Source: Syntrophorhabdaceae bacterium | GTDB lineage: Bacteria; Desulfobacterota; Syntrophorhabdia; Syntrophorhabdales; Syntrophorhabdaceae | DNA length: 64,000 nt | NCBI GenBank assembly: GCA_963666485.2 | Contig: CAXXUO010000001.1 | Location: 672,001 to 736,000 of the forward strand | Reading direction: 5' to 3' | Shown: piece after piece, positions 53,813-64,000 of the stretch | Layout: each line of letters opens with the position of its first letter | Numbering within the stretch: the stretch's first letter is position 1 | Program-made: the position numbers and the translations under genes | The notes under the pieces: model-generated | The model's database searches: none | The model's input: the letters and a program-made list of their open reading frames with translations, nothing else | What the model was told of the DNA's origin: nothing

Positions 53813-55246
53813 TTATCCCGCGGCCGCCTGCTCCGTCGTCTCCCGTTTGGCCCGGTAATGCTTCTTCAGGAGCTCATCGCTGACACGGTGGAGCTCTTCC
53901 TGCGGCAGGACGGACAGTGCGTCCCATCCGAGCTCGAGCGTCGTCTCGATCGTGCGGTTCTCGTACTCGCCCTGATTCAGGAACTCCATCTCGAACGCCT
54001 CGCCGAACTTCAGGTACTGCTTGTCGAGAGGGCTCAATTCCTCTTCACCGATGACGTCTGCAAGGCCCCGGACCCTCTTTACGTACGCGTAACAGGCGAA
54101 GAGCTGGCTTGCCAGGATCGGGTGGTCTTCGCGTGTGAAGCCTTTGCCCACCCCGTCCTTCATGAGCCGCGAGAGGCTCGGCAGACCGGCGATCGGGGGA
54201 TAGATGCCGCGCTGGAACAGGTCACGGTCGAGGACGATCTGCCCTTCCGTGATATACCCCGTCAGGTCAGGCACGGGATGACTGATATCGTCCGCGGGCA
54301 TTGTGAGGATCGCCATCTGCGTGATGGACCCCGGGGACCCCTCGATACGCCCCGCCCGCTCGTACAGGCTCGCGAGGTCCGAGTAAAGATAGCCCGGATA
54401 TCCCTTGCGCCCGGGGATCTCGCCGCGCGCCGTGCCGACCTCGCGCAGACTCTCACAGTAGTTTGTCATGTCCGTGAGGAGAACCAGGACGTGCTGGCCG
54501 CAGTCGAATGCCAGGTGTTCGGCGAGCGTGAGGGCAACCCGGGGCGTCAGGAGGCGTTCGACGCTCGGGGCGTCCGCCAGGGAAAAGATCATGACCGCTC
54601 GTGCCAGAGCACCCGATTCCCGGAAGTTGCGGATAAAGAATTCGGCGACGTCGTGTTTTATGCCCATGGCTGCGAAGACGATGGAGAACTCGACCTCTTC
54701 GTCAAGGAGCCGCGCCTGCCGGATGATCTGGGCCGAAACCCTGTCGTGCGGCAGGCCGTTCCCCGAGAAGACCGGGAGTTTCTGGCCGCGCACGAGCGCG
54801 TTCATGCCGTCGATGGCGGATAAGCCCGTCTGGATGAACTCACGGGGATACCGCCGCGCGAACGGGTTGATCGGCATGCCGTTCACATCGCGGCGGTCAG
54901 CGGACAGGGGCGGCGGCCCGCCGTCTGCCGGGCGGCCGAGACCGTCGAACACGCGCCCGAGCATCCTCCGTGACACGGGAAGGCGGAAACTCTCGCCCAA
55001 AAACCGCGTCTTCAGGCTTTTCGTGGCAAGGCCCGTCGTCCCTTCGAGCACCTGGACGACGGTATGGGACCCGGAGACGTCGAGAACGCGCCCTAAGCGC
55101 GTGTTCCCGGCGGGGTCGAGTATCTCGACCACCTCGTCGAAACCGACATCCCGGACATTTTCGACAACGACGAGCGGCCCCTCGATGCGTGAGGCGCCGA
55201 CATATTGCAGACCTCTATCCTCGATCCCGGCAAATAGATTATCCAT
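53813..55246 (-). CDS. V/A-type ATP synthase subunit B
   Basis: [72 protein letters not shown]. Confidence 0.96.
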   Translation of the reverse strand: MDNLFAGIEDRGLQYVGASRIEGPLVVVENVRDVGFDEVVEILDPAGNTRLGRVLDVSGSHTVVQVLEGTTGLATKSLKTRFLGESFRLPVSRRMLGRVFDGLGRPADGGPPPLSADRRDVNGMPINPFARRYPREFIQTGLSAIDGMNALVRGQKLPVFSGNGLPHDRVSAQIIRQARLLDEEVEFSIVFAAMGIKHDVAEFFIRNFRESGALARAVMIFSLADAPSVERLLTPRVALTLAEHLAFDCGQHVLVLLTDMTNYCESLREVGTARGEIPGRKGYPGYLYSDLASLYERAGRIEGSPGSITQMAILTMPADDISHPVPDLTGYITEGQIVLDRDLFQRGIYPPIAGLPSLSRLMKDGVGKGFTREDHPILASQLFACYAYVKRVRGLADVIGEEELSPLDKQYLKFGEAFEMEFLNQGEYENRTIETTLELGWDALSVLPQEELHRVSDELLKKHYRAKRETTEQAAAG

Positions 55247-57035
55247 AGCAGGACGTCCCCTTTACGTATTGTTGTGACATCTTGTCCGCCTCTTCGTTGA
55301 GCCTCCTGTCGATATCAGCCAGTTTGTCCATTTCCTTGTTGCTGAGCGCCGACTTCGCCCGCAGCACCTCCGAGATGCACTCCATGCCGCGGACCATCGC
55401 GAGCGGCACGCCCTCCTGGATGAGGTCGCGGCCCCTGTGGTAAAGGTTGAGCATTATCCTCAGCAGGGCGACCTGTTTTTCCGGGGAGCAGTAGGCATCG
55501 TTCGTATCGAATGCGCTCTGCGCGAGAAACCCGTCCTTTATTATCTCGGCGACGAACAGGATCAGTTTCTGGTTGTCCGGCAGGACATCGGGGCCGACCA
55601 GTTTCACGATCTGCTGGAGGCGCTCTTCCCGCTGAAGCAGGGTCAATGCCTCGGTCCTCAAATTTTCCCAATCGCACGCGCCCTGTTCCCACCAGCTCTT
55701 GACGTCCTCGGAATATTCCGAATAGGACTGCAGCCAGTGAATGGAAGGATAATGTCTCGCATTGGCGAGCCCCGTATCGAGAGCCCAGAAACACCGGATG
55801 AACCGGCGGGTGTGCTGTGTGACGGGTTCCGAGAAATCGCCGCCGGGGGGACTGACCGCCCCGACGATGCTCACCGAGCCGCGGTCTCCCGCAAGCGTCG
55901 TCACGGCACCGCCCCGTTCATAGAACTGGGCAAGCCGCGTCGGGAGCGATGCCGGGAACCCTTCCTCGGCGGGCATCTCTTCGAGCCGCGCCGCAAGTTC
56001 CCTCAAGGCCTCCGCCCAGCGGCTCGTGGAGTCCGCGAATACCGCGACGGAAAGGCCCATGTCGCGGTAATACTCGGCCAGCGTGATCCCCGTGTAAATG
56101 GAGACCTCGCGGGCGGCGACCGGCATGTTGGACGTGTTCGCGATGAGGATCGTCCGCTCCATGAGCGGGCGGCCGGACCGCGGGTCCTCGAGTTCCGGGA
56201 ACTCCCGGAGCACCTCCGTCATCTCGTTCCCGCGCTCGCCGCATCCGATAAAGACGATGATCTGCGCGTCGGACCATTTCGCAAGCTGGTGCTGGGTTAT
56301 CGTTTTGCCCGTGCCGAACCCGCCGGGTATGGCTGCCGCGCCTCCCTTGCCGATAGGGAAGAAGGTATCGATGATACGCTGCCCGGTAATGAGCGGCTCC
56401 GCGATCCTCAAGCGCTCGCGGATCGGCCGCGGGACCCTCACAGGCCAGCGCTGCATCATCATGACGTCGCGCGGGCCTGCCGAAGTTTCGACGACGGCGA
56501 TGGGCTCCGCCAGGGTATAGTCACCCTTGCCGACAATGGACCGGAGAGTCCCGGATATGTCGGGCGGTACCATGATGCGATGCATGACGAGGGGCGTCTC
56601 GGCAACCTGCCCGATGATCTGCCCGCCGGTCACGTCCGTCCCCGCACTGACGAGCGGTTCAAAGGTCCATTTTTTTTCGGTGTCGAGCGCGTCGACCTTT
56701 TCGCCGCGCCGTATCCAGGCGCCGCTTTTTGCCTCGATGCCGGGAAGGGGACGCTGAATCCCGTCGTAAATATTTCCCAGGAGCCCCGGGCCGAGCCAAA
56801 CCGAAAGAGGTGCACCCGTGCATTCCACCTCGGCCCCCGGCTTCAGCATGGTCGTATCTTCGTAGACCTGTATCGTCGCGAGGTCCCCGATGACCCGCAC
56901 AACCTCACCGACGAGGCCCAGGGAGCCGACCTGAACGACCTCGTACATCTGGGCCGCACTCATTCCTTTCGCGGTAATGATGGGCCCGCTGATACGGGTT
57001 GCGAGGGGCCCTCCGTTTTTGTCGACAGTGGTCAC
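55239..57035 (-). CDS. V/A-type ATP synthase subunit A
   Basis: [17 protein letters not shown]-loop, [44 protein letters not shown]. Confidence 0.97.
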   Translation of the reverse strand: MTTVDKNGGPLATRISGPIITAKGMSAAQMYEVVQVGSLGLVGEVVRVIGDLATIQVYEDTTMLKPGAEVECTGAPLSVWLGPGLLGNIYDGIQRPLPGIEAKSGAWIRRGEKVDALDTEKKWTFEPLVSAGTDVTGGQIIGQVAETPLVMHRIMVPPDISGTLRSIVGKGDYTLAEPIAVVETSAGPRDVMMMQRWPVRVPRPIRERLRIAEPLITGQRIIDTFFPIGKGGAAAIPGGFGTGKTITQHQLAKWSDAQIIVFIGCGERGNEMTEVLREFPELEDPRSGRPLMERTILIANTSNMPVAAREVSIYTGITLAEYYRDMGLSVAVFADSTSRWAEALRELAARLEEMPAEEGFPASLPTRLAQFYERGGAVTTLAGDRGSVSIVGAVSPPGGDFSEPVTQHTRRFIRCFWALDTGLANARHYPSIHWLQSYSEYSEDVKSWWEQGACDWENLRTEALTLLQREERLQQIVKLVGPDVLPDNQKLILFVAEIIKDGFLAQSAFDTNDAYCSPEKQVALLRIMLNLYHRGRDLIQEGVPLAMVRGMECISEVLRAKSALSNKEMDKLADIDRRLNEEADKMSQQYVKGTSCYG

Positions 57036-57047
57036 GCGGTACCTCCT

Positions 57048-57692
57048 TTAGCCCCCGGCTTTCATATCGGGGAACATCTTCTCTGCAATGAGGCGCCTGA
57101 ATTGCGGCCAGAGCCTCTCCAAGCGCGCCGGGAAGCGGTTGTCCCACACCTGGCTGCCGGTGGCGTCCTCTACGACCGGCCCGCCCCCGTGAACCATCGG
57201 CTCGAACAGGACCTTGATATTCCCCTCGGGACGTCCCGCCTTCGCAGCGATCTGCCTTCCAATATCGGCACCGAGGACCGCGCGGTCCTCCTCGGACAGG
57301 CGGACAGTGAAATTCTCTCCGGCCATTTCCTTGATCGCCGATGCGGCGAGGTCGACGACAATTCCACTGTAACTGCCGTCAGATCGGAGCGCAGACAGTT
57401 TCTGGCTGACGTCAGCCCGGACCGACTCGAGAAGGCTTTCGATACGCTCGAGCCTCAACCTGCGCGCCTCGACGGACGCGGATGCAAGGGTAATGTCCCG
57501 CAACCGGTCACCTTCGGCCCGTGCCTCGTCGATGCGCTTCTGGCGGGCGCTATCCGCCCCGGCATGGGCCTTCTGCAGGATGTCCCCGGCGTCGCGCGTC
57601 GCGCATTGCACGACATCGTCGCGTTCGCGCCCGGCGCCCGCAAGAATCTCGTTGCACAGCGCTTCTGAAGATTCAGGGTCAGTCACACTCAT
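57048..57692 (-). CDS. V/A-type ATP synthase subunit E
   Basis: Coiled-coil N-terminus; C-terminal GGPVV..VWDNRFPARL; operon position. Confidence 0.82.
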   Translation of the reverse strand: MSVTDPESSEALCNEILAGAGRERDDVVQCATRDAGDILQKAHAGADSARQKRIDEARAEGDRLRDITLASASVEARRLRLERIESLLESVRADVSQKLSALRSDGSYSGIVVDLAASAIKEMAGENFTVRLSEEDRAVLGADIGRQIAAKAGRPEGNIKVLFEPMVHGGGPVVEDATGSQVWDNRFPARLERLWPQFRRLIAEKMFPDMKAGG

Positions 57693-57702
57693 GTATGGTC
57701 CC

Positions 57703-58017
57703 TCACTTTGGCTCAAGCCGAATACCGACGGCCTCCTGGACAAAGCCCCTCAAGCCCTTCGATTCGGCCGGCTTACCCTTAGGCCCCGGTATCTCGATGA
57801 TAAGCGGACGGTCCTGCTCGAGCCGGATAGAGTCAACGATGCCTCGGGCCATGTCGGCTGCAGGGCTCGTGATGATGATGATGCCGCAGTCGGGCATCCG
57901 CAGTGCATCCTCAACGGCCTGGCGGGACTCCTCGACTGTCGCGACGGCCCGGCCGTCAACCCCCGCCAGCCTGAAGCCGCGCAGCGTGTCCTCGTCCGCT
58001 ATGCAGAAAAATCTCAC
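57703..58017 (-). CDS. V/A-type ATP synthase subunit F
   Basis: IADEDTLRGFRLAGV, IIIIT, PLIIEIP. Confidence 0.92.
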   Translation of the reverse strand: MRFFCIADEDTLRGFRLAGVDGRAVATVEESRQAVEDALRMPDCGIIIITSPAADMARGIVDSIRLEQDRPLIIEIPGPKGKPAESKGLRGFVQEAVGIRLEPK

Positions 58018-58026
58018 CCGGTCCCC

Positions 58027-58356
58027 CTAGATCTTCTGCAAGAGCATCATCGCAATAGCGAAACCAAGGACTGCGAGCCCCTCGGCGAGTGCGACGAACA
58101 GGATGCTTCGCGTGAGCAGCTCGGGCTTCTCGACGGCGGCACCCAGCGCCGCGGACCCTATCTTCGCAACCGCATACCCGGCCCCGAGGATGCTCAAGCC
58201 CACGGCGACGGCCGCTGCGAGAGCGAGGCCGATGGTCCGTGCCGCTGTCTGAACACTACCCGCATCCTGCGCCGCCTCTCCGGCGGCAAAGGCCGGCAGA
58301 CACAATGTGATCAGGACGAGAACGGCACCAACGAACCATTGGAGCAACTTCCTCAT
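58027..58356 (-). CDS. V/A-type ATP synthase rotor subunit c/K (single hairpin plus N-terminal leader)
   Basis: GAGYAVAKIGSAALGAAVEKPE..FVALAEGLAVLG with the carboxylate Glu. Confidence 0.92.
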   Translation of the reverse strand: MRKLLQWFVGAVLVLITLCLPAFAAGEAAQDAGSVQTAARTIGLALAAAVAVGLSILGAGYAVAKIGSAALGAAVEKPELLTRSILFVALAEGLAVLGFAIAMMLLQKI

Positions 58357-58406
58357 ATGACACCTCCCCTTGCCGGCCCGTGACCGGCTCTATCGTCCTT
58401 TAAGGA

Positions 58407-60365
58407 TCAGGACGGTTTCAGCCTTGATTTTCCTGTCAGGCGAAAAGGTTCGAACGCCTGGCCGTTGCCCGAAAAGAACTTCCCGAAGAACTCGTAATAC
58501 TCGAGACGGGCCGCCTGCACGGAGGCGATGATCCCCTCGAGCACGATGGCGACGAGGTTGCCGAGAATGATGACGATAACATTCCAGATCGTACCCCCGG
58601 CAAGGTGCTTGACCTGTTCGGCAAGCATGAACGCAGCGACGAGAAGCGCCGCGTGGCTCATGGCATACGCGCCGAGACGGACGAAACTGATGGTGTTGGC
58701 GAGGTAGCTCAGGCACCCCTCGAATGCACCGACAAAGGATTCCGTTATTGCGTTCGCAAACGTATGCTCACTGTCATCGCCGTGTGACGGGCGAAGGAAA
58801 TATTCGAGCGGCTCTTTCATTATCCATGCGAGGATAGGGACGCCGAGGAACACGATCATCGCCGTCTTCATCAATCCCAGCGATTCGAAAAATTTCGAGA
58901 AGATGATCATGGAAAGAACGCCCCAGTAGAAGAGGATGCCCGCTACACCGAACTTGTCAAAAAAGCCGCCGATGATATCGCCCTGCCGGAAACGATTGAT
59001 AATGTTCAATATCAATCCCAGGCTGATCATTGCGATCCCGACGGCGATCGCGCCGTACATCAGCCCCATCGGGTCCCCTTCGAGCGGGTCGTGCCAGATG
59101 GCATGGTGCTTGAAATACTCGAGCCCGAAGACGCTCCCGTAGATAATACCGAAGATGATGCTCGACGAAGCGCACGAGATGAGCAGCACCCCGGCGTCGC
59201 GCACCTTTTCAGTTTTCCCCTTGAGCAGCGCATAGATGCCAAACCCGAGAAGCACCGCCCCCTGTCCGGCATCGCCGAACATGATCCCGAACATGAGGAC
59301 ATAACTGATGGCGACGAACAGCGTCGGTTCGAACTCGCGGTAATTGGGCACCCCGTATGACGACATGAGCATGCCGAAAGGACGCATCAGGCTCGAGTGG
59401 TCGAGAAGGGTGGGCACCTCGTCCTGTCTGCCGGGCGCTGTCACCTCGATCACGCAATGCCCCCCCGTTATCTCGTTCAACGTCCCGGTGATGTCCTCAG
59501 ACCTGTGGCCCGGCACCCACCCGGAGATAAAGACGGCGGCATCCGTGCGTCCCAAGCTCAGCTGCGCCCGCGCGATACCCAGCTCCGCCTCCATGGTCGC
59601 TTCCATGCGATACAGTTCCGGCGTGAACTCCTCGGCGAGCTGACGTATCCTGACGCCAAGACGCTCGAGCTGCTCGTCGAGCCGATCGTGTTCGCTCTCT
59701 TTTTCCCGGCACAGGGAGTCGAGCGTGGCGCCGTTCTGCACGGGGAGAATGTCTTTCTGGAAACCGGCCTTCTGGAGAATATCGTCGAGGGCCGCGGATT
59801 GGGCCCGTGTTGTCATGGCGATAAGGGGATAGCGGCCTTTCTGGGCGGGCAGGGTAATGAGCGCCGTATCCGGGCCGATCCCTGCGCGCACCTCTTCGAT
59901 ATGCTCGGCCGGGACCGTGCCCGTGACAAAATGCAGAAAGGAGAATGAGTCGAGCCCGTCGAGCGGGATGTCGAGGCTGCGGTAACCTTCGACCTGCTGA
60001 CACAGTATGCTGTTTTCCCGCTGGCGCTGCTTGTAAGCCCTGCGCAGATCGACAAGTTCCGTGAGGTGGCCTTCCATCACCTGCAACCGGCTTTCGATGT
60101 CGTCGATGGCCATCGGCTCGAGCTGTAAAGCCGGGTCGGCGGGCGGAATCTCGAGCAGGCGGATGACCTCGTCGACACGGAGGCGAAGGCGGTCGTACTC
60201 TGTTATCCTCTGCTCCGCATCATGGTTCGCAAAAGATATCTCCCTGACGTCCCGGCTGCGGGTCAGCTGCACCGCACCGAGGCTCCCCAGGGCCTCGAGC
60301 ACTTTCCGCTCGTCCCGTTCGAGGATGACGGCGCTGACGTGCACCATGGGTGTCGCTCTAAACAT
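58407..60365 (-). CDS. V/A-type ATP synthase subunit I (a)
   Basis: SGWVP, VPTLL, YGVPNYREFEPT, FGIMFGDAGQG, ANTISFVRLGA..H, QAARLEYYEFF. Confidence 0.94.
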   Translation of the reverse strand: MFRATPMVHVSAVILERDERKVLEALGSLGAVQLTRSRDVREISFANHDAEQRITEYDRLRLRVDEVIRLLEIPPADPALQLEPMAIDDIESRLQVMEGHLTELVDLRRAYKQRQRENSILCQQVEGYRSLDIPLDGLDSFSFLHFVTGTVPAEHIEEVRAGIGPDTALITLPAQKGRYPLIAMTTRAQSAALDDILQKAGFQKDILPVQNGATLDSLCREKESEHDRLDEQLERLGVRIRQLAEEFTPELYRMEATMEAELGIARAQLSLGRTDAAVFISGWVPGHRSEDITGTLNEITGGHCVIEVTAPGRQDEVPTLLDHSSLMRPFGMLMSSYGVPNYREFEPTLFVAISYVLMFGIMFGDAGQGAVLLGFGIYALLKGKTEKVRDAGVLLISCASSSIIFGIIYGSVFGLEYFKHHAIWHDPLEGDPMGLMYGAIAVGIAMISLGLILNIINRFRQGDIIGGFFDKFGVAGILFYWGVLSMIIFSKFFESLGLMKTAMIVFLGVPILAWIMKEPLEYFLRPSHGDDSEHTFANAITESFVGAFEGCLSYLANTISFVRLGAYAMSHAALLVAAFMLAEQVKHLAGGTIWNVIVIILGNLVAIVLEGIIASVQAARLEYYEFFGKFFSGNGQAFEPFRLTGKSRLKPS

Positions 60366-61398
60366 GTGCACCTTCTATGTCGGACCGCGGGACGGTCCGT
60401 ATCCGTATCGCATCGGGGTCCATTTCGGCGCGGATGCCTTCGGAAATGGTTATCAGGTTTGCGATCTCGATACGCCGGATCGCCACATGCGCCACGACGG
60501 CGCCAAATCCCATGTGGCTTTTCCGGAACGTCGTTCTGGCTATGCGCAGGTAGCGATGCCATGCGAGCCGCTCAAGGACCGTTACCGGGATCGACACCTC
60601 CGACTGCCCCCCTTCGAAGGGAAGGGGATCGAGTACGCGCATCACGACGCGGTTCACGGCAGTCAAAGGATCGGGGTCGTTCAGCATATCGGAAAAAGTA
60701 AAATATCCGATCGCTCCCCCCGGCACGTGCATGGATAAAAGCTGGTCCGAGGAAAGCCCGTAGTTGAACCGGCCGCGCAGCATCAGGGTGAGGTGAAAGA
60801 TATCCGCCTCGTTGCGTATCAGATTTCCCACATCTTCGCGGTCGCTGCTCGACAGGGCCTTGTACCGCGCCACGAGTTCGGTGAGATATCCGCGGTCGAT
60901 CGCCGCCTCGAAAAAGAAGGGCCGCGCATCTTCCCCGTGCTCCCGGACCGCCTTGTCGAGGCTCCTCCTTATAGGGCCCGTCTCGAGCAAGTGAAGAAAA
61001 TCCATCACGGAACCCGCGACGGCGAGAGCGTGCACCTGTGCAGATTTAAACCCCGGGACTGCGACAAGGTGTGCCGCGGCATCCTCCGGGTTTACCTTCG
61101 TAATAGACGCCCTCAGGAGCACCTTGAGGTTCTCGGCCTCGAAGCGGACAGGCATCCACTCGACGAGGTGTGCCTGTGTGTGTGAGAGTTGTGCCTTTAT
61201 GAGCGACAATTCGCGGACGAGATCTTCAACCAGCTGCCGCTGAAGTTCCGCGATACCCTGAAAGTCCTTCTCGGGAAAGAGGGTCCGTGCATATTCCTCA
61301 ACGGTGCGGATGCGGCTCAAGGCGTCGAGCCTGTCACCTTCCGCCAATCTGCTGCGCCTGCCGTGCAGCCGGGCTGTCAGGTATTCGAGGTTGCTCAA
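60358..61398 (-). CDS. V/A-type ATP synthase subunit C (d)
   Basis: YLTARLHGRRSRL, ENLKVLLR, EAAIDRGY, EIANLITISEGI. Confidence 0.88.
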   Translation of the reverse strand: MSNLEYLTARLHGRRSRLAEGDRLDALSRIRTVEEYARTLFPEKDFQGIAELQRQLVEDLVRELSLIKAQLSHTQAHLVEWMPVRFEAENLKVLLRASITKVNPEDAAAHLVAVPGFKSAQVHALAVAGSVMDFLHLLETGPIRRSLDKAVREHGEDARPFFFEAAIDRGYLTELVARYKALSSSDREDVGNLIRNEADIFHLTLMLRGRFNYGLSSDQLLSMHVPGGAIGYFTFSDMLNDPDPLTAVNRVVMRVLDPLPFEGGQSEVSIPVTVLERLAWHRYLRIARTTFRKSHMGFGAVVAHVAIRRIEIANLITISEGIRAEMDPDAIRIRTVPRSDIEGAHV

Positions 61399-61417
61399 TT
61401 CGGCTCCTTCCCGGGTC

Positions 61418-61732
61418 TTAGGAACGCCCGCATACGTGCCCGATGATCTCTTCGACCATCTTCTGCCTCAGGGCTTCGTCCAATAGTATTTCCCGTTCCA
61501 TCGCTTCGGCAGCCTTCGCAAGGCTTTCCTGCTTTTGCTCGTCTGCCGCCTGCGCTGCATGGCTTATGATGTCCTGGGCCTCCCTGCCCGCATCCATGTA
61601 AGCTTTCATACTGATGTCCTGGGCCTGTTTTCGGGCCTCTGCCAGGATGCGGTCAGACTCCGCCTTTGCTTCTTCTACGATGCGCTTTGCCTGGTTCTCC
61701 GTTGCAACGATCTTCTGGATCACATCACGCAC
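61418..61732 (-). CDS. V/A-type ATP synthase subunit G/H
   Basis: VIQKIVATENQAKRIVEEAK coiled coil; first gene of the operon. Confidence 0.8.
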   Translation of the reverse strand: MRDVIQKIVATENQAKRIVEEAKAESDRILAEARKQAQDISMKAYMDAGREAQDIISHAAQAADEQKQESLAKAAEAMEREILLDEALRQKMVEEIIGHVCGRS

Positions 61733-62042
61733 GACGCCCCCCTTGGTAAACGTTACATCCTGGAAAGTCCTTTTACGGACATGAATATTTTTCGATTCGC
61801 AGCAGAAAGGATCGCGATGACGGGATGCGATGATCGGGAGAAATACGAACTTTCGTTAGAGCTGTTCCGGTTCAGTTGTCTCATCATCCCTATCGATGCA
61901 ACGGGCGATTCCAGATGCAGGAGTGATAAGAGCGGTCTCGTGGTCCGGCCGATACCTCTTATAGCAAGTATAGCAAATATGTCAACATCGTGCTTCCGGG
62001 CGGGGGAGAAGTTTCACGTTTCAGGCGAATTACCAAAAAAAT

Positions 62043-62070
62043 AAAAGGCGGGGCATGTGCGCCCCGCCTT
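62043..62070 (-). terminator. Rho-independent terminator
   Basis: AAGGCGGGGC/GCCCCGCCTT hairpin followed by TTTTATTTTTT on the minus strand. Confidence 0.85.
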
Positions 62071-62087
62071 CGTTGGTCAGTGTTTGT

Positions 62088-64000
62088 TTACTTTGACTGG
62101 AGGTACTCGTCGATGGCTTTTGCGGCTTTACGGCCTGCGCCCATGGCGAGAATAACTGTGGCTGCGCCCGTTACGATGTCGCCGCCGGCGAAAACACCCT
62201 TGCGGCTTGTCTGCCCTGTTTCCTCATCTGCCACGATGTTGCCGGATTTCCTCAGTTCGAGGTCCGGGGTGGTTGATGTGAGGATCGGGTTCGGGCCCTG
62301 GCCGATGGCAACGATGACGACGTCGACATCGAGGACGAAATTGGAGCCCTTGATCTCAACCGGTCTGCGCCTGCCGGATGCGTCGGGTTCTCCGAGCTCC
62401 ATCTGGACGCATTCGAGTCCCTTGACCCAGCCGTTGTCATCGCCGACGACCCTGATCGGGTTTGTCAGCAGCCTGAAATCGATCTCTTCTTCCCGTGCGT
62501 GGTGTGCTTCTTCCGCACGCGCCGGCATTTCTTCCGCGCTTCTGCGGTAGACGAGGTAAACGTCTGCGCCGAGCCGTTTCGAGACCCTTGCGGAGTCCAT
62601 GGCGACATTGCCCCCGCCGATAACGGCGACTTTCGAGCCAACCCTGATCGGTGTGTCGTATTCAGGGAAGAGGTATGCTTTCATGAGGTTTGCACGGGTA
62701 AGGAACTCGTTGGCGGAATAAACACCGTTCAAGTTCTCGCCCGGGATGTTGAGGAAGTACGGGAGGCCTGCGCCTGTCCCGATGAATGCCGCGTCAAAAC
62801 CCTGTTTGAAAAGCTCGTCGAGGGTCACGGTCTGGCCGACGATGGCGTCGACATGGACCTTTGCGCCCATTTTTTCGAGGTAGTCAACTTCGCGCTGTAC
62901 GATCGCTTTCGGAAGACGGAACTCGGGGATACCGTAAACGAGAACGCCGCCCGCTTTGTGGAGCGCTTCATAAATATGGCACTCGTGGCCTTTCTTGGTC
63001 AGCTCGCCTGCAACGGTGAGACCGGCAGGGCCGGCGCCGATGATGGCCACTTTCTTGCCTGACTTCTTCGGGAGCGTCGGGACGCGGACATCGCCGAGGC
63101 CGAGCTCATAGTCAGCGGCAAAACGCTCGAGACGGCCGATCGCGACCGGCTCTGATTTCTTGCCGAGGATGCACTTGGATTCGCACTGTGATTCCTGGGG
63201 ACAGACCCTGCCGCAGACTGCCGGAAGGCTGTTTGTTTCTTTAATAGCATGGATGGCGCCCATGAAGTCGCCTTCCTTGATCTTCGCGATGAACTGCGGG
63301 ATCTGGACGTTGACGGGGCAGCCGTCGACGCACGGCGGCTTCTTGCAGCCGAGGCAGCGCTGCGCTTCCATCATCGCGTTCTCCCGTGTATATCCGAGGG
63401 CGACTTCGGAGAAGTTCTGCATCCTCATCTTCGGGGCCTGTTCCGGCATCTTCACGCGTTTACGCGCCTTTTTGACAGCCTTTTCCTGCGCTTCGATCTT
63501 GCACTTGTGGTCCCACAGTGCGCGCCGCTCTTCCCTGTTGTACATCTTCTGGCGGAGGACGAGTTCCGGGAAATCTACCTGGTGAGCGTCAAATTCCGGG
63601 CCGTCGACGCAGACAAATTTTGTCTCGCCGCCGATCGTGGCACGGCAGCAGCCGCACATGCCGGTACCGTCGACCATAATGGTGTTCAGGCTGGCGATGG
63701 TATGGATGCCGTACGGCCGGGTAACTTCGGCTACGGCCTTCATCATGATGACCGGGCCGATGCCGACAACTTCGGCTATATTCTCTTTGCCGCGTTCTTC
63801 GATGACCTTCTTCAGGACGTCGGTGACAAAACCGTGGGTCCCGTACGAGCCGTCATCGGTCGTCACATGCAAGGTGGTGCTCACCTTCTTCATCTCGTCC
63901 TCGAGGATCAGCATGCCCTGGTTGCGGGCGCCGATGATCGAGATGACCTCATTGCCTGCCTCGAACAGCGCCTTTGCGATCGGGAGCACCGGTGCGACGC
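62088..64000 (-). CDS. Fused NfnA-NfnB type electron-bifurcating transhydrogenase (PyrK-like plus GltD-like), 5'-truncated by window
   Basis: NfnA part: TTDDGSYG, IGPVIMMK, MVDGTGMCGCCR..FVCVDGPEFD; NfnB part: RCLGCKKPPCVDGCP, CGRVCPQESQC, GAGPAG, YGIPEFRLP, GGGNVAMD. Confidence 0.9.
   Translation of the reverse strand, partial: VAPVLPIAKALFEAGNEVISIIGARNQGMLILEDEMKKVSTTLHVTTDDGSYGTHGFVTDVLKKVIEERGKENIAEVVGIGPVIMMKAVAEVTRPYGIHTIASLNTIMVDGTGMCGCCRATIGGETKFVCVDGPEFDAHQVDFPELVLRQKMYNREERRALWDHKCKIEAQEKAVKKARKRVKMPEQAPKMRMQNFSEVALGYTRENAMMEAQRCLGCKKPPCVDGCPVNVQIPQFIAKIKEGDFMGAIHAIKETNSLPAVCGRVCPQESQCESKCILGKKSEPVAIGRLERFAADYELGLGDVRVPTLPKKSGKKVAIIGAGPAGLTVAGELTKKGHECHIYEALHKAGGVLVYGIPEFRLPKAIVQREVDYLEKMGAKVHVDAIVGQTVTLDELFKQGFDAAFIGTGAGLPYFLNIPGENLNGVYSANEFLTRANLMKAYLFPEYDTPIRVGSKVAVIGGGNVAMDSARVSKRLGADVYLVYRRSAEEMPARAEEAHHAREEEIDFRLLTNPIRVVGDDNGWVKGLECVQMELGEPDASGRRRPVEIKGSNFVLDVDVVIVAIGQGPNPILTSTTPDLELRKSGNIVADEETGQTSRKGVFAGGDIVTGAATVILAMGAGRKAAKAIDEYLQSK

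Noticed and set aside
746..57668. Long antisense ORFs (e.g. 746-2137, 2812-4275, 27607-28716, 50091-51230, 55437-57668)
   Set aside because: Shadow frames of well-supported genes in GC-rich DNA, with no recognisable motifs.
62088..64000. Glutamate synthase small subunit gltD
   Set aside because: The in-frame N-terminal PyrK/NfnA-like domain fits NfnAB better, and no gltB is visible.

Overview
This window looks like chromosomal DNA from a GC-rich anaerobic bacterium. The gene content suggests a syntrophic deltaproteobacterium, but that is an inference, not a database result. Housekeeping and metabolic genes include gatB (3' part), mtnA, rmuC, sixA, tRNA-Ala(GGC), alaA, glmM, rlmN, a complete nine-gene V/A-type ATPase operon and a fused NfnAB-type transhydrogenase (5'-truncated). 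Signalling genes include two PAS histidine kinases, a frameshifted CheB/CheR fusion and a sigma-54 activator, and there are many small secreted or lipoprotein genes. No CRISPR-Cas, prophage or integrase was seen. Five things stand out. (1) A RAYT-type HUH (Y1) transposase is bracketed by a 23-bp inverted motif. The same motif recurs 24 kb away as polar left/right pairs around unique spacers, with short duplication scars that break at the motif's palindrome. (2) Two further repeat families, inverted 7-mer tandem arrays sitting close to stop codons and GTCATYCC-type REP doublets, share this architecture and nest inside each other at 31.2-32.1 kb. (3) A signal-peptide-less YkuD (ElsL-like) domain is fused to a MurC/Mpl-like ligase, a candidate single-polypeptide peptidoglycan-recycling enzyme. 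(4) A candidate ~200-nt structured ncRNA with its own sigma-70 promoter lies at 41.8-42.0 kb. (5) A glmM operon carries a GlmU-like protein lacking the uridyltransferase half, next to an unknown Pol-beta-like nucleotidyltransferase.
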